A DNA stretch of 64,000 bases. It comes from Antedon mediterranea (taxonomy: Eukaryota > Animalia > Echinodermata). A program made the position numbers and the translations under genes. The notes below the pieces were generated by a model, which worked only from the letters and a program-made list of their open reading frames with translations, was not told the DNA's origin and did no database searches. The stretch is from the NCBI RefSeq assembly GCF_964355755.1, contig NC_092674.1, positions 1,178,001-1,242,000 of the forward strand. The letters are read 5' to 3'. Positions 10,991 to 24,200 of the stretch are shown one piece after another (the stretch's first letter is position 1; each line of letters begins with the position of its first letter).

Positions 10991-13090
10991 TTATAATGGG
11001 TTTGTATAACCAAAAAGCATAAAATCGTATTTGTATCTCTGATATAGTTCATCTTTATCAGGAATATAAGAATAGGCCTTCTTGAATTTGTCTTCATTCG
11101 AACTATGTGTAAGGTGACGTCCTGATGCAGTTGGAAACGTTAGATCAGTAATGTTTGAAAGTGTTAAAATATATTTTGCTTCGTTTTTCATATCCTCAAA
11201 CTGCCCTATGACGTCATAGTGGATGTCGCACGGATAACATACTTTATACATTTCCCTCCAATGAGCGTTATTGTGTTTAGTCGAAAGGACATATCTAATA
11301 AATTCATGAAATTTAATTTCAGAAGTTTCATTTTTCTTGCTATATTTGTAAAGTATTTTTTTTCTGTACCCAGCAAATCCCCTTGCGTATGTTCTATCCT
11401 CGTTCATACGAATTTTGTCATTATAAGCCGAGAGCAATCGAGTGAACGGCTGTCTAACAAACATGAATTTGGTGTATGTATTCATGATATTTTCTTGTTC
11501 TGTTTTTGGAAAACTCGACAGCAGAGGTACATGACTCTTCCATGCACGGGATACTTGAGGTGCGGTCATTTTCATTATTTCATTATAATTCTTATACCCA
11601 GAAAGGACCAACATAATTCGACACCAACTAACCGTACCCGCTTTTGGTGTTTGGCAATATACCATTTTGTGTTTTTTATTCACCAACAATTTCGGTGAAT
11701 TTTTCATATGTGGAATTTCATTTCTGTGAAGATCACATGTTCTTTGAATGTGTTTTCGTCGCTGTTGATGAATGTCTGAATATTTGTTCATAAACTCTAC
11801 AATTGGTTCTTCTGTTGGTTTAACTCTGACCTCTTCCACATGATTATTTAAGCTGTCTGTATTAACATCTACGTTACTTTCAACATATAGTTCTTTCTGT
11901 AATAACAATAAAACATATTAGTTAGCTTTAACAGTCGTGGTTGTTTAATAAGAAATATTTTTTTAAATAATTTTAAAAAACACACAATTAATCTTTACTG
12001 TTATTTACTAAATAAAATTGTATAAATCCATACATTTCTCTCTTTTTATTTTTTAACTTTGTTTTTCACATTTATTTTATAGAGACACTGTTAAATTTTA
12101 CAACAATTTTGGGTTTGCACCTTTTAAAATGCACTGAAAATGTGTAAAATTGTATAAAATATGACCATATTTATCGCCTACCTTTAAATGCACAATATTT
12201 GAATCACGTCTCTGTCTGTTTATGTGATTGAACAAGTCTGTTTAAAAAAAATTAAGTTACTTTATTTAAACAAACGTAAAAAATCATTATTTTCACATTA
12301 TGTTTGGAGGAATAGAGGTATTCGATTCGTAATCGTAAATAATCTTAATGAATAATTTTAGTAATGTATTATAGTGGCCATGGAACAAATCCAGTTGCTT
12401 GGTAGCAACAAACATCAAGCTTAAGACGGGTCATCATTATTAAAATGTACTGTACTTCTATTACTCTATTAGATATCATCATGTTTTTGTTGTATCTTCT
12501 TGGATGCAATATTTAATATTGTCATTTCAAGAAATTAGACACATAACTTCTTACAAGTTAAGCATAAACCCACGACTGCGGTCTGCAGGAAGGAGTGAAA
12601 TAACTTTTACTCTATTACTTCTACCAATTTTCTAGCTGAATTGAACGATCACAAAACAAGGCCAACAGCCATAAGTCGCGTGCTAAAACGCATAGTGATA
12701 CCGGACCGACAGACCGACAGACCGACCGACATAGTGAAATATAGAGTCCCGTCCACGCGACTAAAAACAGAATGAGCTTTTTTTAGTTAAATCAATCTAA
12801 ATTTAAACTGTTGTCAGATTGTTGAGAACTTTGGTTAATTATGTACTATTTATTCTATGGATGAAATAAAGAGAAATGAATAAGCTTGTTTTACTGTTTT
12901 CTGTTTAACGATTACAATAAATAAATATAATATAAAAACCTCCATGTATAGAGATTTGTTTATTATAAACTTAAATTATACTTATTGTTATTATCTTACC
13001 AGCTCCGATAAACATCAAGAATGAGAGACTAGCAAACACAAGAATGAGCAGTAGAAACTTTAAATTCTTTATTCTTCTTGTAAAGAACAT
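10991..13090 (-). CDS. Golgi carbohydrate sulfotransferase, Sulfotransfer_2 (CHST8-14/HNK-1ST-like), paralog 1, ~350 aa
   Basis: Exons 13090-13000 (MFFTRRIKNLKFLLLILVFASLSFLMFIGA, type II anchor), 12237-12182, 11896-10991; 5'-PSB-like YCQTPKAGTVSW, 3'-PB FMFVRQPFTRLLSAY, HW..MY..C.PC.I.YD.IG.FE, C-terminal Y.YDF.LFGY. Confidence 0.9.
12655..12767 (-). mobile_element. Short internally deleted HINE (same family as 40784 and 59084 copies)
   Basis: AACAAGGCC...AGTCGCGTG, (GACC/GACA)n, ATAGAGTC..GTCCACGCGACTAAAAA shared with full copies. Confidence 0.75.
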
Positions 13091-13449
13091 GATTCAAATT
13101 CTGAAAAGAAAAACAAAGTAATATAACATGAACAAACTAATATCAGTTCAGCCTGACGTGTAACTAAAAAAAAAAAAATTTGTATTTGTTTTACCAAAAC
13201 ACTCTTGGAACAATTTTCGAGATAAATTTTTGAGTCGCGAAAATTTAGGCCTAAAAGGTTATAAATTGTATCTTGTATTACAATACTTAGGTATAACACA
13301 ATAAGTAATAAGTTAATATAACAACAAATCATTCTAAACTTATCATGGTAATGATATAACCTTGCAACTTAACGTTAGGTCTACAGACCAGAATTATATC
13401 CTAATCAAATGAGTTTGAATTTTGAATCATTTCATCTGTTTTTTAGTAG

Positions 13450-13525
13450 AAATCCCGACTGAATGAAATCCCGACTGAATGAAATCCCGACTGAATGAAA
13501 TCCCGACTGAAATCCCGACTGAATG
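13450..13525. repeat. Short tandem repeat AAATCCCGACTGAATG x~5
   Basis: Direct reading. Confidence 0.85.
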
Positions 13526-14728
13526 TATAGTCTTCCAACATTGTGCGTACTTATTTAAATATTATTTAATATTTAATACTTACCAGTCTGTTGTACTTCA
13601 ATTTTAAAATTCTGTACTGTAACTGACTGAAGAAGAGGCCGTAATAACACTACTGTGTTATAACAGTACACTTAAGTTGGTGAATAACGAACAATGGTAA
13701 CTATGTATACAGTAGCTTGATGTCATTGTTTGATGAATCAATAATATCGTTCAAACAATGCGAGTAAAAATGAGTGTGAAGTAATGTGAGAATACAAGCA
13801 ACAATAAAGAAAGGAGGACACACAAGCTCATCACAGTGTAATTTGAAAACAAATTTAATGGACAAGCTTCATCAAAACGACTTCTTTTGTTGCTGAACAC
13901 TTATAAAAAGAATATGAATGGTCTTTATAGATAGTTCGTGTTATTACAACGCGCGATGATATTTTTTATATTATTTCAATCCATTGACATTCAATAATGA
14001 ATGTTGATGTTATATTTAATATGAGATTGACTGTTCTCTATTTATATTCTAGCTAGACACATTGTTTCATTTTAATAATAGTTATTCACTTTGACAAAAA
14101 TATGGATTATAAGTGAACTCATTCTTGTTTTTCGTTTTTTTAAATTAAACTGCAAAAAGACATTTGATTTGATTAATTTTCATTTATAATACTCTTTAAT
14201 ATCTGCTTCTTCAAAATAAATATATACTTTATCTACAGGCCTATATAACAATCCACTCTTAGTATTCGATTTTGTTGTGATTGGTAAGAAAAAAATATAT
14301 GCTTAATAGATTCCTACCTGTGGTGTGTTTTTACAATTCTATTTATAGTTTTTGTTACTGACATTTTACATTGGTTTTTTTTCTATGCGTTTTATAATAC
14401 TGTAAATTGTAAGCATTGAAATTCAATTCAACATAACTTGACCTTTCACGTAGCCTGCAAGTTTTGCACATAGGTAGGTATAAGTTCAAATCGTCCTCCA
14501 TTCTACTAGCACGACTTTTTCCATGTATTGTCACACATCGTATTAGTACATCAACGTAAGTTCATTACATAAAAGAAAACTTATGCAAAACTTGCATCAT
14601 GTACGCCAATGGTGACCATTGGACCCTAACAGCGCATGCAGCTTTTGAACGCGTCGTAGATTAACTTAACGATAGAGACAAATGCTTGTTATAATATATC
14701 ATTTCCTATGTTCTGCATCCGTCACCAG

Positions 14729-16399
14729 CTAGTTTATCTTTACAAGTGTAAACCAAATGCTACCAGCATCACTCTTCCCGTTCATACTTCTTTCATACAC
14801 AACAGCAACGTGGTTCTCATCCACACTAGTCAACGTCGAATAGGCCGCTTCCCCTGGGTAGATACTAAGTGTCCCGTCCCAAGATTTCCCTTCATTTTCA
14901 CTCCATCTCAATGTTATGTTCTTTCTAGCGGAAGCATTAGCTGCGTTACTGAAGAATAGGTAGTCTCCGTGCATAAGGATTGCTCCGGCATCAGTCGGAT
15001 CCACCAGGGTGGCATCGAAGTAGATGCTGTCAAACGCAATTGTATCACCTCCGTCATCGCTACGTAGAATAATACGACAAGCACATTGGTATTTTAATGC
15101 ATTCCGAGCGTTGAACAAAATAGAACCGTTTTTTAATTCAACAATCTAAAAAAGAAGAAAAAGAATATTCATAAAAAAACTAAACAAAACAGTAAAAATG
15201 ACAATACAAAAATACTGCTGATGCAGGGTATTTAAAAAAAAAACCCTAAATCATCATCAAATCAAATTGATGATTAAACGGTAAATTTTTAAGCAGCTCA
15301 CCTGAACTTCAGAAGCAAAAAATCCACCTGATTTTATTGTCCCGTACTTCGGAAGAGAAGGTTGAGACGCACCACGCTTCCATGTAACACCCTGGTCTAC
15401 AAATAACAAATATTATAAACAAAAACATAAATACTACAGGATAAAATAAATATTATGAAACTTCTTTTTGTATCTAGGCAGGCACATTGGTGGACATGTA
15501 TCGTATCATTAGCGTCTGAACCACCAATCAAAGTTAAACTGTATTAAACCCGAGGCTTTATGATGGGCAGATTTAGTTTACATGCTCTTCGTGAATACAG
15601 AACCAAACTCTACGTCACACCCAAAGGACGCGACAACTGGTAAAGGACAACCGGACCGAAGTCTGTCCCATACTCGATCTTTTATGACAAAACTAAATAG
15701 AAAGGCTATATAGGGCCTAGCATACCGGTAACTAATATACTTTTCGTATAGTAAGAGATGAAGAGAACAAAATCACATACCGTCACTTATAATACAATCT
15801 AAACCGTGATAATTTTCATTAACTGTATGACCACACACAACTAAACGCCCTCTATGTGGCTCCACTTTCTTCTGTATACCGTATCCAGGTCCGGCAGTCC
15901 AAGAATAGTTAAACAAGGCCGGGTTTGCCTTTGATATGTCAACAGGTGGTTGCCATGATATCCCGTCATCAACAGATTTCAACATGTAATTTGATGTCAC
16001 GCCATTTTCACATAATCTATGAGCACATACAGTAAACATTATTAACAATTCTGATTGCTCAGCATTGTATAACGTTGCCCCGAGATTGATACCATCATTA
16101 GTAACAAAGTCCGAGACAAGAAATGCCATTTCGGACCAGTTGTACCCGCCATCGACAGACGACCTACCGGCCAGGAATTTAGACTTTGCATCTGCTCTTG
16201 AGTATTTCCGGGCTTCTACGTAAACAACAACCGTTCCCTTTGGAGTTAAGGTAGCCACCGGGATTCTGTATGCGTATACTTCACCCTGGCTTCCTCCTTC
16301 AAACAATACTTGCTCCAGCACAATCACAGGCTTCAATCCAAAACATACGCTAAACAAAAACAATTGCAAAAGAGCAAAAACGTTTTGTATGTTCACCAT
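14729..16399 (-). CDS. NEU1: Sialidase (GH33), NEU1-like, ~376 aa with signal peptide
   Basis: Exons 16399-15781, 15396-15302, 15145-14729 splice in frame; YRIP motif, EARK, Asp boxes (SVDGGYNW, SVDDGISW, SDDQGVTW, SENEGKSW), GPGYG, CGH, E-x-Q..EL.NGS..FNARN..YQCACRI..RS, FD..LVDP, R.NITLRWS, AYS nucleophile Tyr, VYE. Confidence 0.9.
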
Positions 16400-17278
16400 T
16401 TTAACAGACTATAATCACGGATTTCCCGTATGCCTACGAACCCGAACAAACAATGAATTGCAGAAGTAAACAATGCACACAATGATATGAGGTCACACCA
16501 TTATGAATTAGGGTAGAGGGAAACGATAGACATTTGTACGTATGAAGCAAAATCGATTAAAAAAACTGTTTTGGGCATAATATAAATCCTATGAAAACGA
16601 TGCGAATATTAGGAATGTGAACGAAGAAATGTCATTCCTATAGTGTAACAATAATCAATTAAAGCGTAATAATACTAAACTAACTCACAAGAAAGTTGAA
16701 CAAACTACATTTAGGCCTACCCGTAACATCACAACATTTTATCATAACATTACAACATTTTATTATCCTTACATTACAACATTTGTAAATTAAAATTAAA
16801 ACAATACTTTATTGAGAAACTCTCTATAATTATGAAAATAATTATAAAATTAAATAGATTTTGTTTATAAATTGATCCTCCAAATCGTTATTTTACAGTT
16901 TAGTGTACATTTTTTTCATGTATTTTATTTCGAAATAATTGTAAATTACTTTTATAATTAATCACTTTAAGTAATCTATATGGACCCAGTTGGAAAGGAG
17001 TTTAATTTAACGGCTTATCCAGGCTTATATTTTGTTTTCGTTGATGTTTGCTGTCTCTTTGTTAACACTTTTCAAAATAAAAGAAAATACCAATTTGTTT
17101 GTAACTAGTTGTCTTTCTAGATTCACCAACCTAAACTTTTTTACTTCGGCCGATTAACCCTCTCGGACATTACTGAACTATCTCTTTAAATCGTTAGAAA
17201 TGAAAAAAAGGAGTTATTCACACTAGTTATGGCCTATCAAATCTGTATTGTTCTTTCAAAAGGGGAGAAAAATAAGAT

Positions 17279-19119
17279 TCAAAATGGGTTTGTATAACCA
17301 AAAAGAATAAAATCGAGTTTGTATCTCTGATATAGTTCATCTTTATCAGAAATATATGAATAGGCCTTCTTGAATTTGTCTTCATTCGAACTATTTGTAA
17401 GGTGACGTCCTGATGCAGTTGGAAACGTTAGATCAGTAATGTTTGAAAGTGTTAAAATATATTTGGCTTCGTTGTTCATATCCTCAAAATGTCCTATGAC
17501 GTCATAAGTTATATCACATGGATAACAGCCCTTATACATTTCCCTCCAATGAGTGTTATGGTGCTTTCCAGAAAGGACAAATTTAACAAACTCATGAAAA
17601 TGAACTTCAGAAGTTTCGTTTTTCTTGGTATATTTGTAAAGCGGTTTCATTTTTTTTATGTATTCAGCAAATCCTATTATGTAATTTTTATCCTCCCTTA
17701 TACGAATTTTATCATTATAAGTCGATAGTAGTCGTGTAAACGGATGTCTAACAAACATGAATTTGGTGTATGTAGCCATTATATTATCTTGTTCTGTTAT
17801 TGGAAAACTCGACAGCCGTGGTACATGGCTCTTCCATGCAGCGGATACTTGAGGTGCGGTCATTTTCATTACTTCATTATAATTCTTATACCCAGAAAGG
17901 ACCAACATAATTTGACACCAACTAACCGTTCCCGTTTTTGGTGTTTGGCAATATACCATTTTGTGTTTTTTATTTACCAACAATATCGGTGAATTTTTCA
18001 TATGTGGAATTTCATTTCTGTGAAGATCACATGTTCTTTGAATGTGTTTACGTCGCTGTTGATGAATGTCTGAATATTTGTTCATAAAATCTACAATTGG
18101 TTCTTCTGTTGGTTCAACTCTGACCTCTTCCACATGGTTTAAGGCATGTGATATACGTTTCTCCCCATGTATAGTTCTTTCTGTAAAACAATACAACATA
18201 ATGTATTACAGCATTAATGTAATCATCGTTGTTTAGTATATAATATTGCGATATTTTTTTTAAATGTAAATGATTTTCAAAGTTTACTATCTATTTTCAA
18301 TACACAATTAATTATATGGTCTTGCTATGTCCTTATATGGTCTTGCTATGTCCTTATATGGTCTTGCTATGTCCTTATATGGTCTTGCTATGTCCTTATA
18401 TGGTCTTGCTCTGTCCTTATATGGTCTTGCTATGTCCTTATATGGTCTTGCTATGTCCTTGCTCAGACAATTATCTTTAATTTTCATGTTTATTTTGATG
18501 AACTCATTTAATTCACTTAAACATTATAATTTGTTAGTAATTTATTATAATAGTGTCCATGGAAGTAAATACGTAGCAACAAACAACAAACTTAAAACGT
18601 GTCATTAATATTAGTATAGTATAGTATGCCTATATTAGTATAGTATGCCTATATTAGTATAGTATGCCTATATTAGTATAGTATAGTATGCCTATATTAG
18701 TATAGTTTACCTATATTAGTATAGTATAGTATGCCTATATTAGGATAGTATGCCTATATTAGTATAATTCAATTCAACTTTATTGAATTGAATTATACTA
18801 ATATAGGCATACTATCCTAATATAGGCATACTATACTATACTAATATAGGCATACTATAGTATAGTATGCCTATATTAGGATAGTATGCCTATATTAGTA
18901 TAGTATAGTATGCCTATATTAGGATAGTATGCCTATATTAGTATAGTATAGTATGCCTATATTAGGATAATTTTTCTATTATAATTATTATCAACAACTT
19001 AAATATACTTAATAGTCTTATTTCTTACCTCCGATAAAGATCAAAACTAAGAGGCTTGCAGTAAACACAAGTAAGAATAGTAGACATGTTAAATTTCTTA
19101 TTCTTTTTATACAGAGCAT
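17279..19119 (-). CDS. Golgi carbohydrate sulfotransferase, Sulfotransfer_2 (CHST-like), paralog 2, ~330 aa
   Basis: Exons 19119-19029 (MLCIKRIRNLTCLLFLLVFTASLLVLIFIG) and 18180-17279 splice in phase 1; YCQTPKTGTVSW and FMFVRHPFTRLLSTY; highly similar to paralog 1. Confidence 0.9.
18313..18460. repeat. 21-bp minisatellite (TATGGTCTTGCTATGTCCTTA) x~7 in CHST intron
   Basis: Direct reading; produces spurious (MSLYGLA)n ORF. Confidence 0.9.
18608..18968. repeat. TAGTA(TAGTA)TGCCTATAT array with internal inversion forming ~140 bp palindrome
   Basis: Units flip orientation around TATAATTCAATTCAA-CTTTA-TTGAATTGAATTATA (18763-18797) and flip back near 18858. Confidence 0.8.
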
Positions 19120-19799
19120 AATTCACATTCTGAAAATTGAGAACAAGGTAATAACAAATAAAGAGAAATTTAAATTGTACTATAATAGTTTTACTGCATA
19201 AACTATTGAAGACGGTAACGTTATTATAACGTTATTATGCGTTATTACGTAACGTTATTATATGTCACCAACTTAATGCTGATGCAATTAAAACTATTAC
19301 AAAGTTTGGTCCGTAAACTTTCCTTCTTATATTCAGTGTTTGGTTTATTCTTCCATGATACAACAAAAACTTACGATTAATTGCTCTAACGTACAATGGT
19401 GATCTTCTACGTGATTGTCTCAACTGAAATTTTTATCCAACCCGGCAGTACGTTCTATGATTCCACATTCTGTTTGAATTCAAGTGTTTTATGATGATTT
19501 TTTAAGGAGATTTCCTAGCGTTGTAAGGCTTTACTCATACTGGTTGATCAACGGTGAAAGCATGTATCAAAACAAAACAATTATGCTTGGCTGGATTTAG
19601 TCGAGACCACAGCCTATTATACGAAACTGGTAAAGCGAAACATTGATTGTTAACACGCATTCTTGGAAGCACCTGATTGTTCTTGGCCTTGATCTGCCTT
19701 TGACAGTTCGTTGGTAGTCAAAGTAGTAAAGAAGTTTACTATGCCAGTTACCGGTAAACTAAAGAAGTTAGACCAGCCTAAAATTAAATATTTATAACA

Positions 19800-20805
19800 G
19801 ACGTATGGCCATATTTGCAAGGACACGTTTGCAAGTGCGTTATAATATTTTATTGTATGTCAGCAAAAGTTGTACAATGAGCAATACTTGACACCACATG
19901 TCATCACCAGCCTTTGACGCTTTACAATACACTAACTTGTGTTCTTCATTCATTAATAGCTTTGGTAGACGTTTCATCTTTCCAGCGCTAACTTTACATT
20001 CATTCCTAATTGTATTGTTCATTCTTCGTCCATGGACAACCAAGTATCTCTTCATAAATGCCTGGATATTCTCTTTCTTGTCAACTTTATTCTGTAAAAC
20101 AGTAACTTAGACATGAATAACAATATTCAATTCAAACTTGCTTCCCATGCAACGCATTGACGTAGGAGCAACGCAAGAAAAAGTTGACCAATCACAATGA
20201 CTGTAATTCTGATGATCGATTATTTCGTTATGATTGGTCAAATTTTATTACTGGAGAGCTTACGTACGTCCTTGCATTAACTGCGTACAGATGTGAATAC
20301 GCACTACACATTAGCTTTTTACCAATCACAAGCGTCGAATCAACAACAAATGCAGTGAGCTTACGTCGTCATTGTATATTGTATCCTCTCCTCTCAGTGG
20401 ATAATTTAATCCATTTTAATTACGATGTGGCACTGTAAACGCGATATTATCTACATTTTGTAGCGCTATAAAATACAGAATGAAATGTCGTGATTTGCTA
20501 CGTTTTCTTATTTTTATTAAAAAAATATATATTATACTGAGACACTAACAGCATTTGAAGATGTTTCACTATATTTTCCAATTCTTATATTTTCAACTAA
20601 TTTGCCTACATCAATTGCTATGGTATAAAACAAATAACATGTTGAATTATGGAAAGAAAAATGATATACACATTGAAACATTTGGCACGCATGCGTCGAT
20701 ATAGTCATGTTATATACAAATACAACATGTTTTAATTACCTGTTATCTTGATGTAGGCAACAGCATGCAAGGGCCACTAAAAAGTAGTATTTTGTTCTCA
20801 TTGTT
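19800..20805 (-). pseudogene. Degenerate third CHST-like sulfotransferase
   Basis: LLMNEEHKLVYCKASKAGDDMWCQVLL aligns to LLVNKKHKMVYCQTPKAGTVSWCRIML; CAG acceptor at ~20093, signal-anchor-like exon ~20740-20805; frame lost after the 5'-PSB region, 3'-PB motif not found. Confidence 0.65.
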
Positions 20806-21287
20806 GCGATTTGGATTTCACACAATTATTTATTATTTCTGTAATGTAAATTAACAAAAGTTAAGGTTATTATAAAATTATAAACCAAAGATACAACGGA
20901 AATGGTCATACTATAGGTAATACATCCTCTTAGAATACTCAAGCATAGTAGGCCTAGATATCATTGCTTTATTTTAAATCTTGGTGCCTATTGGTTCACT
21001 GGTTGATGGAATACGGAAGTCCACGCACGCTCAAAATTGTGTAACTGCTGTTGTCTGGGTAACAATAAGAGCGTGCTGGGTAACAGTAAGAACGTGCGTA
21101 TTCTATTGTGAGAAAGCTTAAAAAATGCGCAAAAGACGCAATACTGAAAATGAACAATCACATCTGAGAGTGCAGGACCATCGAGGTACAGAGAGAGATA
21201 CCGTAGAGACGATGAATATATAATCATGTAACGCTGATTGCTAAGGGAGAATAACACTTCCTAAATAAATTTTCTTCGAATGACACG

Positions 21288-24200
21288 ATGAACAAAGCTA
21301 GAACACGTCCCACAGTTAAGACTACGCGTAGGCCTGCCATCAGACGTCAAAAGGCATCTTCTTCACCACCGGAAATTGATTTTTCGGGCAGAATGATCAC
21401 ACCGTCATTATCAGACGATAATCTGGACCCTATAATACCTACCATGGAGTCTACTACCATTCCTACGTTTGAACAAAGTCTTCTAGGAACACAACCGGTT
21501 CCATTGAATGCGAAGAGATCACGGATTGAAGATGAACTTGGTGACATAACTACCAGGCTAAACCAGGTAAAACTTTAAAACAAATATGCCTTGGTATGCA
21601 TAATTCGAATGAATATAGCCTATATATTCTTCGTTATAACAACATAAAACGCCTCATTATTCGTTCTAAATAAATGTTAATCTTTGTGTTATGTCATGTG
21701 GGCGTGTGTTTGTGATTAATAAACAACCTCCAACTACAGATGAGACTGGGACCTTAAGTAGGCCTAGGCATAAAAAAAAAACCAATTTAATTCAATAAAC
21801 AATTTTTTCCTATATAGACTTTGACAGAATTTGAAAAGTATAATAATGAGCCGGAAAGAATAGAAGTAAGTAAAAGAAACACAGTATTTTGTAATTACGG
21901 TAGAACAGGCAGAATGACGTCATAACAAAAGTTATTTACGATAAACCACTATTTATTATGTATTGGCTTATTATGTAACAAGTCCGAGTATTGAGACCAA
22001 GTTGAGACCAAGTGGCTTCTAAATATTTTCTTTTTGCTTTTGAATAAATAGAACGTTACGATTGACGACGTAACGTCTTACGTCAACGGAATGCCCAGCG
22101 GACCGGTATGTATTAAGCAAACTGAATTAAAAATTATATTATAACAGGCATTGAAACTTACCTTATAAAATGGTGCAAAACTATTTGTGGTCGTAGACGT
22201 CTGCCAAAGGAAGGAAATGATTTATAAAACCAGTTAAATTTTAACTTACACTAATATTTGTTTCTGCATAAACGGTCCCAAATATCGAGCGGTTTCTATC
22301 AGAGCTTACAATAAACCTATTTTGACTAATCTGTAGACTATACAAAATACATAATTTTTAATTATAAAATCAATAGAAAACTTTCAACAATGGTCATGCA
22401 TGAATTATTACATTGTTGAAACGTATACAAGTTAGGCCCCCTACTCGCAGAAAAGGACAATAAAAAGACATGCACAGACTTTAATGGACAAAGAAAATGA
22501 AATATACAAGGGAGAAAACGACAATAAAAAGACATGCACAGACTTTAATGGACAAAGAAAATGAAATATACAAGGGAGAAAAGGACAATACAAAGACATG
22601 CACAGACTTTAATGGACAAAGAAAATGAAATATACAAGGGAGAAAAGGACAATACAAAGACATGCACAGACTTTAATGGACAAAGAAAATGAAATATACA
22701 AGGGAGAAAAGGACAATAAAAAGACATGCACAGACTTTAATGGACAAAGAAAATGAAATATACAAGGGAGAAAAGGACAATACAAAGACATGCACAGACT
22801 TTAATGGACAAAGAAAATGAAATATACAAGGGAGAAAAGGACAATACAAAGACATGCACAGACTTTAATGGACAAAGAAAATGAAATATACAAGGGAGAA
22901 AAGGACAATAAAAAGACATGCACAGACTTTAATGGACAAAGAAAATGAAATATACAAGGGAGAAAAGGACAATACAAAGACATGCACAGACTTTAATGGA
23001 CAAAGAAAATGAAATATACAAGGGAGAAAAGGACAATAAAAAGACATGCACAGACTTTAATGGACAAAGAAAATGAAATATACAAGGGAGAAAAGGACAA
23101 TACAAAGACATGCACAGACTTTAATGGACAAAGAAAATGAAATATACAAGGGAGAAAAGGACAATAAAAAGACATGCACAGACTTTAATGGACAAAGAAA
23201 ATGAAATATACAAGGGAGAAAAGGACAATACAAAGACATGCACAGACTTTAATGGACAAAGAAAATGAAATATACAAGGGAGAAAAGGACAATACAAAGA
23301 CATGCACAGACTTTAATGGACAAAGAAAATGAAATATACAAGGGAGAAAAGGACAATAAAAAGACATGCACAGACTTTAATGGACAAAGAAAATGAAATA
23401 TACAAGGGAGAAAAGGACAATACAAAGACATGCACAGACTTTAATGGACAAAGAAAATGAAATATACAAGGGAGAAAAGGACAATAAAAAGACATGCACA
23501 GACTTTAATGGACAAAGAAAATGAAATATACAAGGGACCATATTAGGTCATCTAATGGGACTAATACCATTTATAATACAACTTACTAATTTAGATTAAG
23601 TTTCAACTGAAGCAACTTTTGTCAAATTACACCGAGATGTGTCTGAAGATAGGAAGTGAGAACACCAATGAAACAGACGAGGTGTGTAGGCCTATACTCA
23701 GGTTATTGATAACATTATTGTCCGTTATATTCTTCAGATAAAACATAGGCCTAATAGACATCAAACATTTAACATATTTATCATTAAAATATGACAAATT
23801 TTTATTACAATTTCAGATAATGGCTTCGTTAGCAGAGGTGAGATATTTTGAATTACAAACATTGTTCTAAGCAAGTATTTATTGTCATTATTCTCTCTCT
23901 CTTGAAATAATGTTTTCCGATATTACGCGTTACGCGTTACGCGTTACGCGTTCCGATATTACGCGTTCCACGATTTGTTTCCATATTTATCTTTTTTTCT
24001 ACATTGTTCTGTAAACTACAGCATAGTATTAATAGATTAATGTTAGGACGCATAACTTTATTTTTTTTTTAGTGGTTCATGGATGAAATGGTTATGGTGA
24101 GTTTAAACCAATTTTCCACTGCATTCATTAACAGCAATAAATATTCTCTATTCTCAAATTTAAATATCCTCTATTCGTCATTCCATTCCATTGTCAATTT

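Noticed and set aside
11219-11698. Plus-strand 159-aa ORF (and 17489-17992 ORFs)
   Set aside because: Antisense shadows of the sulfotransferase exons; broken in the paralog
14729-16399. Bacterial/HGT origin of the sialidase
   Set aside because: Has spliceosomal introns and NEU1-specific motifs (CGH, NARN..Y.C.CRI, FD..LVDP, N.TLRWS)
22448-23537. CRISPR-like array / 14 repeated 60-aa ORFs
   Set aside because: Head-to-tail identical units with no unique spacers, inside an intron of a eukaryotic gene; no cas genes
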